From: a marine actinobacterium MedAcidi-G2B
GTDB lineage: Bacteria; Actinomycetota; Acidimicrobiia; Acidimicrobiales; MedAcidi-G1
Direction of reading: 5' to 3'
DNA: 64,000 bases
Assembly: GCA_000817115.1 (NCBI GenBank)
Contig: JUEO01000004.1
Location: forward strand, 1,067 to 65,066
Under the pieces are notes generated by a model. That model was not told where the DNA came from. It saw nothing but the letters and a program-made list of their open reading frames with translations, and ran no database searches. Numbering within the stretch: the first letter of the stretch is position 1; every line of letters starts with the position of its first letter. A program made the position numbers and the translations under genes. This document shows positions 50,336 through 61,177 of the stretch, in pieces.

Positions 50336-52288
50336 TCACCTTTGTAGCAACTCTTGTGCGGCTGCTACTACTGCCGCTGTATTGATGCCGAGGTTTTCCA
50401 TGGCCACTTCTCCAGGAGCTGAAGCACCAAATCTGTCAATACCGATCTGTGTATCCGACCATTGGTGCCATCCAAAGGTACTTCCTGCCTCGATAGAGAT
50501 AGTGGGTGTTTCTTTTGGAAGAACGCTGGACTGATACTTCTTATCTTGTTGAGCGAATAAACCCATGGAGGGCATTGAAACCACTCGAGTATTTATGCCT
50601 TGCTTGCTGAGCTCTTGAGCTGCGTCAACAGCAAGGCAAACTTCGCTACCAGTTCCGATGAGTACAAGATCAGGAGTTTGTTCTGAATCGGAGAGAATGT
50701 AGGCGCCTTTTGAAACTTTTTCAAGATCACTCGTTCCATCTAGTACAGGAACATCTTGGCGTGTGAGCACCAAACCAGTGGGTCCTGGATTATCGATAGC
50801 AAATACCCAAGCAGCGGCGGTTTCGTTCGCATCTGCTGGTCTAAATAACTCAAGATTCGGCATTGAACGTAAAGAAGAAAGATGCTCTACTGGTTGATGA
50901 GTGGGGCCGTCTTCACCAACACCAACTGAGTCATGGCTCCAAACAAAAATATTTTTAGCATTACTCAAAGCGGCAAGACGAACAGCACCACGCATGTAAT
51001 CACTAAATACGAAAAAAGTACCATTAACCGGAATGCAGCCGCCATGAAGTGCTAACCCGTTACAGATTGCCCCCATTGCATGCTCACGAACGCCAAAATA
51101 AATTTGACGCCCCTCAGGACATTCAGAGCCATGTACACCAATTCCTTTCAGAGTTGTGCCGGTATTTCCTGTAAGGTCTGCACCGCCGCCTAAAAGACCA
51201 GGTACAAACTCCGACAAAGTTTGAAAGCATGAATTCGAAGCTTTTCTTGTAGCAACAGAATCCCCGACATTCCAACTTGGTAATTGATCACGCCAACCTT
51301 TTACACCGGTGCTGGATTGACAGGCTTCCCAGGTCTCAGAGTTCTCTGAATTGCGCTTTTCCCATTCATTTCGAACCCCAGAACTTCTACTGCCCGCGGA
51401 TCGATAGAAATCAAGAACTTCCTGCGGACAATAAAAAGATTCGCTTTCAGGGATACCCATTCGCTTTTTGGTTTCAGCGATTTTTTCATCCTTAAGGGAA
51501 TAGCCGTGAACGTCAGCAGTGTCAACATCAGGAGAAGGGGATCCAATGTGGGTTCGGAGAACGATGAGGGACGGCTTATCTTCTATTGATTTAGCTGCAA
51601 GAAATGCTTCTTCCATAGCATCCAGATCTTCGCTTGATTCACCGAGGTCAATCACGTGCCATCCGTACGATTCAAATCGTTGGACCGCATTATCTGAAAG
51701 AGCCAACTCGGTCGGTCCGTCAATCGAAATATGATTGTCGTCATAAACTCCGATTAGTCTTCCGAGTTTCTGATGGCCAGCAAAGGAAGAAGCTTCGTGG
51801 CTGATTCCTTCGGCTAGATCTCCATCCCCACAGAAGAAATACGTGAAATGATTACAGGATTTTTCGCCGAATCTTGCACGAAGATTACGTTCGGCGACTG
51901 CCATACCTACTGCATTTGCTACTCCTTGACCAAGGGGACCTGTTGTTACTTCAACCCCTGCAGTATGACCTGCTTCGGGATGACCGGGAGTCGAAGACCC
52001 CCATTGACGAAAATCTTTTAGATCCTCAATGGTCAATCCATGCCCGGTGAGGTAGAGCATGGAGTACAGAAGAATTGAAGCGTGTCCTGCAGAGAGAATA
52101 AAACGATCACGATCGAACCATAAAGGTTCAGCAGAGTCATATGTCAATATACGAGTCCATAAGACGTGAGCTAATGGGGCAAGAGCCATCGCCGTGCCTT
52201 GGTGCCCCGATTGAGCTGCATGCGGGGCATCCATACTCAGCCCCTTAATTACATCTATTCCAAGATTTTCTAGTTCGGTTGTAGTCAT
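50336..52288 (-). CDS. tkt: Transketolase
   Basis: SGHQG, TTGPLGQG, GDG..EG, GVREHAM, GEDGPTHQP. Confidence 0.97.
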   Translation of the reverse strand: MTTTELENLGIDVIKGLSMDAPHAAQSGHQGTAMALAPLAHVLWTRILTYDSAEPLWFDRDRFILSAGHASILLYSMLYLTGHGLTIEDLKDFRQWGSSTPGHPEAGHTAGVEVTTGPLGQGVANAVGMAVAERNLRARFGEKSCNHFTYFFCGDGDLAEGISHEASSFAGHQKLGRLIGVYDDNHISIDGPTELALSDNAVQRFESYGWHVIDLGESSEDLDAMEEAFLAAKSIEDKPSLIVLRTHIGSPSPDVDTADVHGYSLKDEKIAETKKRMGIPESESFYCPQEVLDFYRSAGSRSSGVRNEWEKRNSENSETWEACQSSTGVKGWRDQLPSWNVGDSVATRKASNSCFQTLSEFVPGLLGGGADLTGNTGTTLKGIGVHGSECPEGRQIYFGVREHAMGAICNGLALHGGCIPVNGTFFVFSDYMRGAVRLAALSNAKNIFVWSHDSVGVGEDGPTHQPVEHLSSLRSMPNLELFRPADANETAAAWVFAIDNPGPTGLVLTRQDVPVLDGTSDLEKVSKGAYILSDSEQTPDLVLIGTGSEVCLAVDAAQELSKQGINTRVVSMPSMGLFAQQDKKYQSSVLPKETPTISIEAGSTFGWHQWSDTQIGIDRFGASAPGEVAMENLGINTAAVVAAAQELLQR

Positions 52289-52406
52289 AAAATATTCTGT
52301 TCAAAATTAGTGTACTGAGGGCCACAATATCGGAGCGAAGGCTTGTAGTGGGTTTTCATTTCCAACTGCATCACAAAGACCCTACCGGTCATCTAATATG
52401 TAAGAA

Positions 52407-53846
52407 GTGATACGCAGACTTATCTTTCCATTAGTTCTTGCTCTGCTAGCAATTGGACTATTTCTCCAATCCAATGCTGCTGATGAAGATGCTAATCGTC
52501 CATCGTTGGTGGCTTCAGAACCGACACCTCCACGTTTGTCGACTCCTCTTCTTTCAGCACGTCGCCTTCCAGAACATTTACAAACTCCGGAGGCTAATAG
52601 ACGATTGGTGACAAGTCTGAATGAAAATATTAATCTCCTGCCTGAACAAAGCTGCTTCGTGGTTTCTGAAGGGGGCGAGATTCGCTATCACCATCAACCT
52701 GAATCTCAGTTGATACCTGCAAGTACTCAAAAATTGATAACAGCTGTCGCCGCATTGAGTGAATTAGGACAGGATTATAAGTTCACAACTCAGATCCTCG
52801 CTCAAAGCGCGCCGATTGATGGAGTGATCGACGGAAACGTTTGGCTAGTAGGTGGGGGAGACCCCCTAGTGATGACCCCAGATTATGCACAACGCTATTT
52901 AGATGATCTTGCTTATACCGATCTCGAAATTCTCGCTGATCAAATTATTAATTTAGGGGTAAACACCATCACTGGAGCAGTTGTAGGAGATGAAAGTTAT
53001 TTTGACGAGATTCGTTGGGTTGAGTCTTGGCCTGAAAGGTTTCGTGCGGGTGCTCAAAATCAGGCAGGTCCTTTAAGTGCTCTTTCAGTAAATGACGGGT
53101 TCATGAATTGGGATGCAGAAAACACAGCCAATTCTTTAAATACTCCAGCTGTAGAGCCTGCCCAGTTTGCAGCAGCGTTATTTGATGACTTGCTTGAAGA
53201 GAGATCTGTTCGAATTTTCCAAAGTGCTTACGCCGAAACGAAACCAGTAGATGCCGTTATCCAACTAGGTGTTATTGAGTCTCCTACTATTTCAGAAATA
53301 GTGAAACAAATGCTTCAGACAAGCGACAACACCACTGCAGAGATCCTTGTGAAAGCCATAAGTGCTGACTCAGGAGTTGCTGGATCAACTAGCTCTGGAA
53401 ATCAGATCATCCAACAGGTAGTTGAAACTCTGACTGGCATGACTGACTCAACAGTTGTTGCTGATGGTTCCGGATTGGATCCAAGCAACAGAACCACTTG
53501 TTCTGTTTTGGTCGACTTACTTGAAATGGAAAGCTTTTCGGCTGACCTATATGACGGCCTGGCAGTAGCGGGAGAATCAGGAACTCTAAGAAACCGTCTT
53601 ACTGGTTCTTCTGCCGAAGGACGACTACTAGCAAAGACGGGCACGTTAAACGACTCAAAGAGCTTGGCTGGGGTTGTACACACTTTAGAAGGCAGAACGT
53701 TAATTTTTGCTTTGATTTCAAATGCTGACCCGATGCCATCAGACATTATGGATCTACATGATCAGTTTGTTCTGGATCTGGTGGCTTACCCAACTGGGCC
53801 TCCGATTAGCCTCTTGATTCCATTTCCTGTTGTAGTGACCAACTGA
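52407..53846 (+). CDS. dacB: D-Ala-D-Ala carboxypeptidase/endopeptidase (PBP4, S13)
   Basis: Signal peptide, PASTQK, SDN, DGSGL, KTGTL. Confidence 0.9.
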   Translation: MIRRLIFPLVLALLAIGLFLQSNAADEDANRPSLVASEPTPPRLSTPLLSARRLPEHLQTPEANRRLVTSLNENINLLPEQSCFVVSEGGEIRYHHQPESQLIPASTQKLITAVAALSELGQDYKFTTQILAQSAPIDGVIDGNVWLVGGGDPLVMTPDYAQRYLDDLAYTDLEILADQIINLGVNTITGAVVGDESYFDEIRWVESWPERFRAGAQNQAGPLSALSVNDGFMNWDAENTANSLNTPAVEPAQFAAALFDDLLEERSVRIFQSAYAETKPVDAVIQLGVIESPTISEIVKQMLQTSDNTTAEILVKAISADSGVAGSTSSGNQIIQQVVETLTGMTDSTVVADGSGLDPSNRTTCSVLVDLLEMESFSADLYDGLAVAGESGTLRNRLTGSSAEGRLLAKTGTLNDSKSLAGVVHTLEGRTLIFALISNADPMPSDIMDLHDQFVLDLVAYPTGPPISLLIPFPVVVTN

Positions 53847-53981
53847 ACCAGAGTTCTCCTGCGTGGCGAATTTTTGAAAAAATCACGACTCCCTCTATGA
53901 GGGAACGCTATACACAGCGGCTTTTAGTTAGAGGCTAAGAGTAACTAGGCTTAGGTGAACAAGTAGGAGAAAGGTCAGCTT

Positions 53982-54893
53982 ATGCGAGTAGCAGCAGTTC
54001 AAGATTCGCCGGTTTATCTAAATCGGACAGCAACCTTAGATCTCGTTAAAGAAAGAATTACTGAAGCAGGAGAAGGAAACGCCGATTTAATAGCGTTTCC
54101 AGAAGTTTTTTTATCTGGTTATCCAGTTTGGATAGATGTCACGGATGCCTCTGCTTGGGAAAAGCATGATCAGCAAGAAGCATTTGCTCGTTACCTAGAA
54201 CAATCGGTTGATTTAGATAGCTCAGAATTTCTTGAAGTTATTGAAACAGTTAAAAGTTCTGGTGCTTTCACCTATTTAGGTGTAGTTGAGAGAGCAACTT
54301 CAGGTGGCTCCGTCTATTGCTCCTTAGTAGCGATAGACCCAACAGAAGGAATAGTTAGTGTTCACCGGAAACTGAAACCAACCTATGGTGAACGACTAGT
54401 TTGGGCAGACGGAGATGGTGCAGGTCTAGTGGCTCATGATCACAAAGGTGTTCGATTAACCGGACTTAATTGCTGGGAGAACTGGATGCCTTTAGCGCGT
54501 ACAGCGATGTACGAGACCGGTACACAAATTCATATTGCAGCCTGGCCTGGATCAGTGGGTCTAACCGAAGACATCACGCGATTCATTGCTAAAGAAGGCC
54601 GTTTGTTTGTTATAAGTGTTGGAGCGATTTATGACGCAACGATGATTCCTGACGACTTTCCACTTAGAAACCAACTCGGCGTAGACGATAAGTATCACAA
54701 CGGCGGAACCTGTATAGCTGGTCCGGATGGCAAATGGATAGTGGAACCTAATCATGGAGAAAAAGGCATCATTTGGGCCGATCTAGACGTAAGCGAAGTA
54801 AGCCGACAGCGACAAAACTTTGACCCAACAGGTCATTACAGTCGACCAGATGTCTTGCGCCTGCACGTAACAAGAGAACGGCTCACTCCGTAA
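53982..54893 (+). CDS. Nitrilase-family carbon-nitrogen hydrolase
   Basis: E-K-C triad (FPE, HRKLKPT, CWENW), GHYSRPDV. Confidence 0.9.
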   Translation: MRVAAVQDSPVYLNRTATLDLVKERITEAGEGNADLIAFPEVFLSGYPVWIDVTDASAWEKHDQQEAFARYLEQSVDLDSSEFLEVIETVKSSGAFTYLGVVERATSGGSVYCSLVAIDPTEGIVSVHRKLKPTYGERLVWADGDGAGLVAHDHKGVRLTGLNCWENWMPLARTAMYETGTQIHIAAWPGSVGLTEDITRFIAKEGRLFVISVGAIYDATMIPDDFPLRNQLGVDDKYHNGGTCIAGPDGKWIVEPNHGEKGIIWADLDVSEVSRQRQNFDPTGHYSRPDVLRLHVTRERLTP

Positions 54894-54944
54894 GGTCGCT
54901 TGCTATTAGGTGCTAGCAATCGTTCCAGATAACGTGGATATCCC

Positions 54945-55229
54945 ATGAGTAAGAAAAACACTGCAGAAGATACCGTCGGACTGTTTCAACAGTACTTACA
55001 ACAAGAACTAGTTGACCCTCTCCGCTCCTTAGGACGGTTTTTAGCCTACGGAGTCGTAGGGTCACTCCTTATAGGAGCAGGCCTGGTTCTTCTTGCGATC
55101 GGAACATTACGCGGGTTTCAAGCCGCTGAGGTATTCGAAAATTGGTGGTCTTGGGTTCCTTACATTATTTCTGCACTGGCTTTAACAGCAGCCGCTGCTC
55201 TGACTCTGAGTCAAATTAAAGAAAAATAG
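54945..55229 (+). CDS. Small 2-TM membrane protein (actinobacterial holin-like)
   Basis: YLQQELVDPL.SLGRFLAYG followed by two TM helices. Confidence 0.65.
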   Translation: MSKKNTAEDTVGLFQQYLQQELVDPLRSLGRFLAYGVVGSLLIGAGLVLLAIGTLRGFQAAEVFENWWSWVPYIISALALTAAAALTLSQIKEK

Positions 55230-55236
55230 AAACTAT

Positions 55237-55440
55237 ATGGCTAATCAAATAACTCAAGAGGATCTTGCAAAAAACTTAGGAGAAATCCTAGGCGAAACAG
55301 AAACGCGTATACCTGGAGGGAAGAACACTCTTCTTGCCGGGGCAGCACTCCTTGGTTTATCAGCTCTAACTATTGCCTATTTTCTTGGACGCAGAATTGG
55401 CCGACTCAAATCTACAACAGTTGAAATTCGCCGGATATAA
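55237..55440 (+). CDS. Small membrane-anchored protein
   Basis: One TM helix followed by YFLGRR..T.VEIRRI. Confidence 0.65.
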   Translation: MANQITQEDLAKNLGEILGETETRIPGGKNTLLAGAALLGLSALTIAYFLGRRIGRLKSTTVEIRRI

Positions 55441-55441
55441 A

Positions 55442-55672
55442 ATGCCTTTCTCATACACCAAATTGATAAGAAAAGGTGCACTAAAGGGAATTTTAGGTGG
55501 ACACCGCGGATGGCAAGTAGGCCTATTCATACTTGTCGTAGGGCAATTATTGCGTAAAGCCGTAAAAAGGGGATCCGGAGTTGTGACTCATAGCCAAAAA
55601 ATCCCTGTTGGTGAAGGACTCGAGGTACTACACCAAAGAAACGCAGAAGAGAAATCGTTAGAAGATGAGTGA
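55442..55672 (+). CDS. Small hypothetical membrane protein
   Basis: ATG 55442 right after the previous stop; overlaps the trmI start. Confidence 0.55.
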   Translation: MPFSYTKLIRKGALKGILGGHRGWQVGLFILVVGQLLRKAVKRGSGVVTHSQKIPVGEGLEVLHQRNAEEKSLEDE

Positions 55673-56441
55673 AAAAAATTACATTGAAGGTGAACAAATT
55701 CTTCTAATTGATTCAAAGAAAAGAAGATACCTCATTGAACTAAAAGCAGGAGGCGAATTCCATACCCATGTAGGAGCTGTTTTACATGACGACCTAATAG
55801 GTTCAGCTGATGGGTCAAGCCTGAAGTCAAATCGGGGAGGGGTTTTCTCAACAGTCAGGCCCACAATGTCAGACTTTGTTCTAAAAATGCCGCGAGGAGC
55901 GCAAGTAATATACCCTAAAGATCTCGGCCCAATTCTTATGCTGGCAGATCTGTTCCCAGGAGCCCAAGTATTCGAATCAGGGGTCGGGTCTGGAGCACTC
56001 TCTATGACGATGCTAAGAGCAGGAGCGAATATAACTGGATATGAGATCCGAGAAGATTTTGCCGAACGAGCTAAAAAAAACGTCAAAGCTGCTTTAGGGG
56101 AGAAAGCTCTTGACCGGTACGACGTTCTAATAAGAGACGCTTACGAGGGAATAGAAGAAAAAGACTTCGACCGTATGGTTCTAGATCTCCCTGAACCTTG
56201 GAGCGTAGTACCACATGCAAAAACGGCTTTACGCAGCGGAGGGATCATACTTGCTTACACCCCAAGTATCGTCCAAGCAGCAAAATTCAAAGAAGCGTTA
56301 GAAGGAAATGGCTTTGCGCTAATTGAAACCATGGAAGTTATGAACAGGACCTGGCACATTGAAGGTCAGGCAGTTCGGCCTGATCATCGCATGGTCGCAC
56401 ACACAGCATTTCTAACGCATGCAAGATTATTGAGCACGTGA
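55665..56441 (+). CDS. trmI: tRNA (adenine58-N1)-methyltransferase
   Basis: MPRGAQVIYPKD, ESGVGSGAL, LDLPEPW, RPDHRMVAHT. Confidence 0.93.
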   Translation: MSEKNYIEGEQILLIDSKKRRYLIELKAGGEFHTHVGAVLHDDLIGSADGSSLKSNRGGVFSTVRPTMSDFVLKMPRGAQVIYPKDLGPILMLADLFPGAQVFESGVGSGALSMTMLRAGANITGYEIREDFAERAKKNVKAALGEKALDRYDVLIRDAYEGIEEKDFDRMVLDLPEPWSVVPHAKTALRSGGIILAYTPSIVQAAKFKEALEGNGFALIETMEVMNRTWHIEGQAVRPDHRMVAHTAFLTHARLLST

Positions 56442-57202
56442 AGGACTGGTTATCTGCCGCTGCAGTACTAATAGTTTTAACAGTTGCAACTCTGATAGTT
56501 CCTGAATCAGATAAGAGTGAGGACCATAGCCAAGATTTAGATTTACTGATCCTGCCTGAAACTTCTGTACCAAGTAGCGAAGAGTTTGATGTAGATCTCA
56601 TAAGCACAGCGAGAAGTTCCACGGTTTCAATTAGAGGAAGCAATTGCCCACGGTTCCAATTCGGTTCAGGATTCTCACTGACTAATGGTTTGATAATTAC
56701 TAACGCTCACGTAGTGGCAGGAATAGATAGCCCATTAGTGAAAATAGTTGATCCTGACGGAACCACAATAGAAACTGAGGCACGAGTAATTGGATTTGAT
56801 GCTGTCACAGATTTAGCAGCCTTAGATATAGGCGTACACGAAATGAGAGGTTTCGAAATCGCACAAGCAACAAACGGAGAAAATGTAGCCCTAATTGGAT
56901 ACGACAGAGATGGCGAACCGGACTGGCGCCCTGGTCAGATTTCTCAACATATACGAGCTACAGGTTTAGACATCTACAGAAACTCAGGACCGGGTCGCGA
57001 CGCACTTGTTCTATCTATGGATGTTGACCCTGGTCATTCTGGATCACCACTCGTTAATTCATTAGGTCAAGTCGTAGGGGTTGTATTTTCTTCCGTAAAG
57101 GGCGGAAGTTCTACGGCATACGCGGTTCAAGTTAATGAACTAAATTCGTTTATAGATGACTTGCCAAGTGGAGCTATAACTGTCTCAAGTCAGTGTCGAT
57201 GA
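56438..57202 (+). CDS. Trypsin-like serine protease (S1C)
   Basis: TNAHVV, DLA, PGHSGSP triad; N-terminal anchor. Confidence 0.85.
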   Translation: MKDWLSAAAVLIVLTVATLIVPESDKSEDHSQDLDLLILPETSVPSSEEFDVDLISTARSSTVSIRGSNCPRFQFGSGFSLTNGLIITNAHVVAGIDSPLVKIVDPDGTTIETEARVIGFDAVTDLAALDIGVHEMRGFEIAQATNGENVALIGYDRDGEPDWRPGQISQHIRATGLDIYRNSGPGRDALVLSMDVDPGHSGSPLVNSLGQVVGVVFSSVKGGSSTAYAVQVNELNSFIDDLPSGAITVSSQCR

Positions 57203-57215
57203 GGAAAATCGAAAA

Positions 57216-57455
57216 TCAATCAGCTTCGATGAATATGCATTCACCGGGGCATTCTTCAGCAGACTCAATAGTTGCTTCTATCTGATCCTCAGGAATGGGA
57301 GCAAGTGCGTCGGCTCCACCTGGGTCGCTGAGAATGTTATCTCCATCCTTTACGTAGGCTAAACCATCATCAAGCATGGCGAATACGCTCGGAGCTATTT
57401 CTTCGCAGAGTCCGTCTCCGGTGCAAAGATCTTGATCTATCCATACCTTTAACAT
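57216..57455 (-). CDS. Single-cluster ferredoxin
   Basis: CTGDGLC...ECPGECI; SD GGAGG. Confidence 0.92.
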   Translation of the reverse strand: MLKVWIDQDLCTGDGLCEEIAPSVFAMLDDGLAYVKDGDNILSDPGGADALAPIPEDQIEATIESAEECPGECIFIEAD

Positions 57456-57617
57456 CTTTAAGATCCCTCCATCTTTAAAGTTAGTAAAAATTGATTTAAA
57501 AACTTCATCTCACTAATGATACATAATTCTCGCTAAAAGTTGTGTTCCTTAATCGTTACTTTTGTCACTAACTAAGGTAAGGTCGCGGCGAAATAGAATT
57601 GTTTCCCTGGAGGGACG

Positions 57618-59354
57618 TTGACTTCCGAAGATGTAAATGGAGAAAACATAGAAATTGAAAGGCTTCAATCTGAAGTGGCTGATCTACGACGACGCCTAGT
57701 TGATGCCCCGCTCCAACAGCAAGACCTTGAAATCGAACTTCGGGAAACTAAAAAAGAAATTCGTAAAGCGATTAATCGAAACGAAAAGTTAGATAAAGCT
57801 CTTGAAGTAACGCGTCAACGTGTCGCTGACCTAAGAGAAGAAATAGATCAGTTATCAAAACCTCCTTCTCCGTATGGAACAGTAGTTGGAATCAATGATG
57901 ATGGAAGCGTAGACATACTTTCAGCGAGTAAAAAAATGAGAGTAAATGCATCTCCTGAACTTATTAGTTCTCTGGGGATTGGTCAGGAAGTTGTACTAAA
58001 CGAAGCCATGAATGTAATCATGGCTAGACGACCACATCTACTCGGCGAAGTTGCCACCGTTAAGGAAGTTCTTCCTGACGGAGCGCGTGCAGTAGTCGTC
58101 GGAAATAATGGAGAAGAACGAGTGGTCGAGTTAGCAGGAGAGCTAGTCAAACAAAAGACTCTCCGCCTGAGAAGTGGCGATTCTGTCATGCTGGATTCCC
58201 GATCTGGACTACTGCTTGAAAGATTGCCTCGTCCAGAAGTTGAGACATTATTACTTGAAGATGTTCCAGATGTGACTTACGAAGATGTGGGAGGATTAGA
58301 TCTTCAAATAGAAAAGATAGTTGATGCAGTTGAATTGCCTTTCTTGCATAAGCAACTATTTAACGAATATTCTCTTCCTGCTCCTAAAGGAATACTTCTT
58401 TACGGACCGCCCGGATGCGGAAAGACCTTAATCGCTAAGGCAGTCGCAAACTCCCTAGCCCGAAAAGTTGCAGATATATCCGGAGAAAAAGAAGCCCCCA
58501 GTTACTTCCTAAACATAAAGGGCCCCGAATTGTTGAATATGTATGTCGGAGAAACAGAAAGACAAATAAGACTCATCTTTGAAAGAGCACGTGAGAAATC
58601 CGAACAAGGATGGCCTGTTATCGTCTTCTTCGATGAAATGGAATCCCTATTCCGAACACGCGGCACTGGAATAAGTTCAGATATTGAATCAACGATTGTT
58701 CCACAATTACTAGCAGAAATCGACGGAGTTGAAGCACTCAATAACGTGATCGTGATAGGTGCCTCAAATCGAGAAGATTTAATCGATCCTGCCATCTTGC
58801 GCCCCGGAAGACTTGATGTGAAAATTCGAATAGACAGACCAGATGCCACTGCTGCAGCGAAAATATTTTCAAGATACTTAGTCCCTGAGCTCCCTATTGA
58901 TTCTGAATTAATCAAGAAGATCGGAGGAGGCGACCGAAACAAAGCAGTTCTTGGAATGATTGATGAAACAGTAGACGCTATGTATAGCGATAAGGAAACA
59001 AATCGTTTCCTTGAGGTGACTTATCAAAACGGCGACAAAGAAGTTCTTTATTTCAGAGACTTCGCGTCAGGGGCAATGGTAGAGAATATTGTCAGACGAG
59101 CCAAAACACTAGCGATCAAAAGAAAATTAGCTGGCGGTAGAGAAGGAATTCATACCGACGACCTAATCCGTTCAGTACGCCAAGAATTCCGTGAACACGA
59201 AGATCTTCCAAACACAACAAACCCTGATGATTGGGCAAAAGTCTCCGGCAAGAAAGGTGAACGAATAATTTATGTTCGAACCCTTGTTAGTGGTGACGAA
59301 GATGAAACTGGTGGAAGATCAATAGATGGAGTAGCGACCGGACAGTACCTCTGA
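57618..59354 (+). CDS. arc: Proteasome ATPase ARC/Mpa
   Basis: Coiled coil, [23 protein letters not shown]-terminal GQYL. Confidence 0.96.
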   Translation: MTSEDVNGENIEIERLQSEVADLRRRLVDAPLQQQDLEIELRETKKEIRKAINRNEKLDKALEVTRQRVADLREEIDQLSKPPSPYGTVVGINDDGSVDILSASKKMRVNASPELISSLGIGQEVVLNEAMNVIMARRPHLLGEVATVKEVLPDGARAVVVGNNGEERVVELAGELVKQKTLRLRSGDSVMLDSRSGLLLERLPRPEVETLLLEDVPDVTYEDVGGLDLQIEKIVDAVELPFLHKQLFNEYSLPAPKGILLYGPPGCGKTLIAKAVANSLARKVADISGEKEAPSYFLNIKGPELLNMYVGETERQIRLIFERAREKSEQGWPVIVFFDEMESLFRTRGTGISSDIESTIVPQLLAEIDGVEALNNVIVIGASNREDLIDPAILRPGRLDVKIRIDRPDATAAAKIFSRYLVPELPIDSELIKKIGGGDRNKAVLGMIDETVDAMYSDKETNRFLEVTYQNGDKEVLYFRDFASGAMVENIVRRAKTLAIKRKLAGGREGIHTDDLIRSVRQEFREHEDLPNTTNPDDWAKVSGKKGERIIYVRTLVSGDEDETGGRSIDGVATGQYL

Positions 59355-59391
59355 CTCCACACAAGACAACACTGGGGTTAAGGTCGGATCT

Positions 59392-60924
59392 ATGACTATC
59401 AAGAAAACATTTGGTATAGAGACCGAATACGGAGTTATTCACCGCGGAGTCTCTGACCCAAATCCGATCCTTGCATCATCTTTATTAATTAACGCCTATT
59501 TGTATGCGCATTCTCCAGCAGCTAGTGGACCGAGTGCTCCTCGCCCCGGATGGGATTTTGTTCATGAAACACCAGACAAAGATATACGCGGGTTTATTGC
59601 CCCAGAATCAATTGCTCCTGAAATAGAGGCCCATTTAGTAAATGCAGTATTAACCAATGGTTCAAGATATTACGTTGACCATGCACACCCTGAGCTAAGC
59701 GCTCCGGAGTGCTCAAACCCATTATCAGTTGTTCAGTATGACTTAGCTTCTGACCAGATACTGATTTCCTCCATGAAAGCCGCCAAGGAAGTGATGCCTC
59801 CGGGCCAAGAAATAGTTGTCTACAAGAACAACTCTGATGGAAAAGGAAATAGCTATGGATGTCATGAAAATTATCTTGTTGACCGAGAGACTTCGTTTGA
59901 TCTAATAGCAGACCATGCGACCGCTCATTTTATTACTAGACAAATATTCACTGGAGCAGGAAAAGTCGGCTGTGAAATTCCCGGTTACAGTCGCAGCGAT
60001 GTGCCATTTCAAATAACACAACGCTCTGATTTCTTTGAAGAAAAAATCGGACTTGAAACGACTTTAAAGAGGCCAATAATCAATACACGAGATGAACCTC
60101 ATGCAGATCCAACAAAATATCGACGTCTGCATGTAATCGTAGGGGATGCAAACCTTTGCCAAATCGCAACTTTCCTCAAAGTGGGAACAACGGGGATTAT
60201 TTTGAGCATGGTTGAATCTGGGTTTCTGGATCAGAAAATAAGGTTTGAAGATCCCGTTCGTTCGCTCCAACAAGTGTCTTTTGATTTAGGGCTAAAAGAG
60301 CCACTTCAACTAACTAACGGAACCACCATGACGGCTATAGAAGTTCAATGGTGGTTCTACGAACAAGCAGAGAAGTATGTAGAAAATTTTGGAACTGACC
60401 ACCTTGGTGGCAATTCCGTACCTCTGGTACTGGAGTGGTGGAGAAAAGTACTAGAAGGACTTGAATCTCCAGACAATCTAGAACCACTGGTGGGAATTCT
60501 AGATTGGGTCTCTAAAAAACATATATTAGATGGATTTCAGGAGAGGAAAAAGATCTCCTCTTCTGATGTGCAATTAGCTGCAATAGATCTTCAATACCAT
60601 GACCTACGTCCCGAGAAATCATTATTCAAGAAAATAAAACAAGAAATCTTGATATCAGAAGAAGAATCAAATTTCGCTACAAAGAACCCCCCAGAAGATA
60701 CACGAGCATATTTCCGAGGCAAATGTTTAGAAAAATGGCCCGAAAATATTGTTAGTGCAAATTGGGACTCACTAGTCTTCGATTCAGGAGAGAAAAATTT
60801 ACAAAGAGTACCAATGCTTGAACCCTCACGAGGCACACGGGAACAAACGGAAAATCTTCTAAATTCTTCAAATTCGGTTTCAGACTTGCTAGAAAGACTA
60901 GAAGACAACAAAAGAGATGATTAA
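59392..60924 (+). CDS. dop: Depupylase/deamidase Dop
   Basis: GIETEYG, NGSRYYVDHAHPE, KNNSDGKG.SYG.HENY, ANWDS. Confidence 0.93.
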   Translation: MTIKKTFGIETEYGVIHRGVSDPNPILASSLLINAYLYAHSPAASGPSAPRPGWDFVHETPDKDIRGFIAPESIAPEIEAHLVNAVLTNGSRYYVDHAHPELSAPECSNPLSVVQYDLASDQILISSMKAAKEVMPPGQEIVVYKNNSDGKGNSYGCHENYLVDRETSFDLIADHATAHFITRQIFTGAGKVGCEIPGYSRSDVPFQITQRSDFFEEKIGLETTLKRPIINTRDEPHADPTKYRRLHVIVGDANLCQIATFLKVGTTGIILSMVESGFLDQKIRFEDPVRSLQQVSFDLGLKEPLQLTNGTTMTAIEVQWWFYEQAEKYVENFGTDHLGGNSVPLVLEWWRKVLEGLESPDNLEPLVGILDWVSKKHILDGFQERKKISSSDVQLAAIDLQYHDLRPEKSLFKKIKQEILISEEESNFATKNPPEDTRAYFRGKCLEKWPENIVSANWDSLVFDSGEKNLQRVPMLEPSRGTREQTENLLNSSNSVSDLLERLEDNKRDD

Positions 60925-60945
60925 CTACTTTTAGGAGGAAACAAA

Positions 60946-61146
60946 ATGACTGAACAAGAAAAACGAAATAGAAGTTTCTCATCGGAACCTGAACTAGAAG
61001 AAGATGCTGAGGTTTCATCCGATGCACTAAAAAACAGTGAAAGGATCAAAGGTGACCTTGACGGCCTTTTAGACGAGATAGATGAGGTACTAGAAGCAAA
61101 TGCTGAAGAATTTGTAAAAAGCTATATTCAGAAAGGTGGAGAGTAG
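60946..61146 (+). CDS. pup: Prokaryotic ubiquitin-like protein Pup
   Basis: LLDEIDEVLEANAEEFVKSYIQKGGE; SD AGGAGG. Confidence 0.96.
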   Translation: MTEQEKRNRSFSSEPELEEDAEVSSDALKNSERIKGDLDGLLDEIDEVLEANAEEFVKSYIQKGGE

Positions 61147-61177
61147 CAATGCCGTTTCGAGAGGTATCCTCCAAGTC

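Noticed and set aside
53850-53950. Short hairpins upstream of the nitrilase (for example tccctc-tat-gaggga) as a riboswitch
   Set aside because: The stems are short, with no recognisable aptamer consensus or expression platform.
54945-55672. Holin-like small membrane genes as a prophage remnant
   Set aside because: No integrase, structural or lysin genes nearby; they are tightly coupled to housekeeping trmI.
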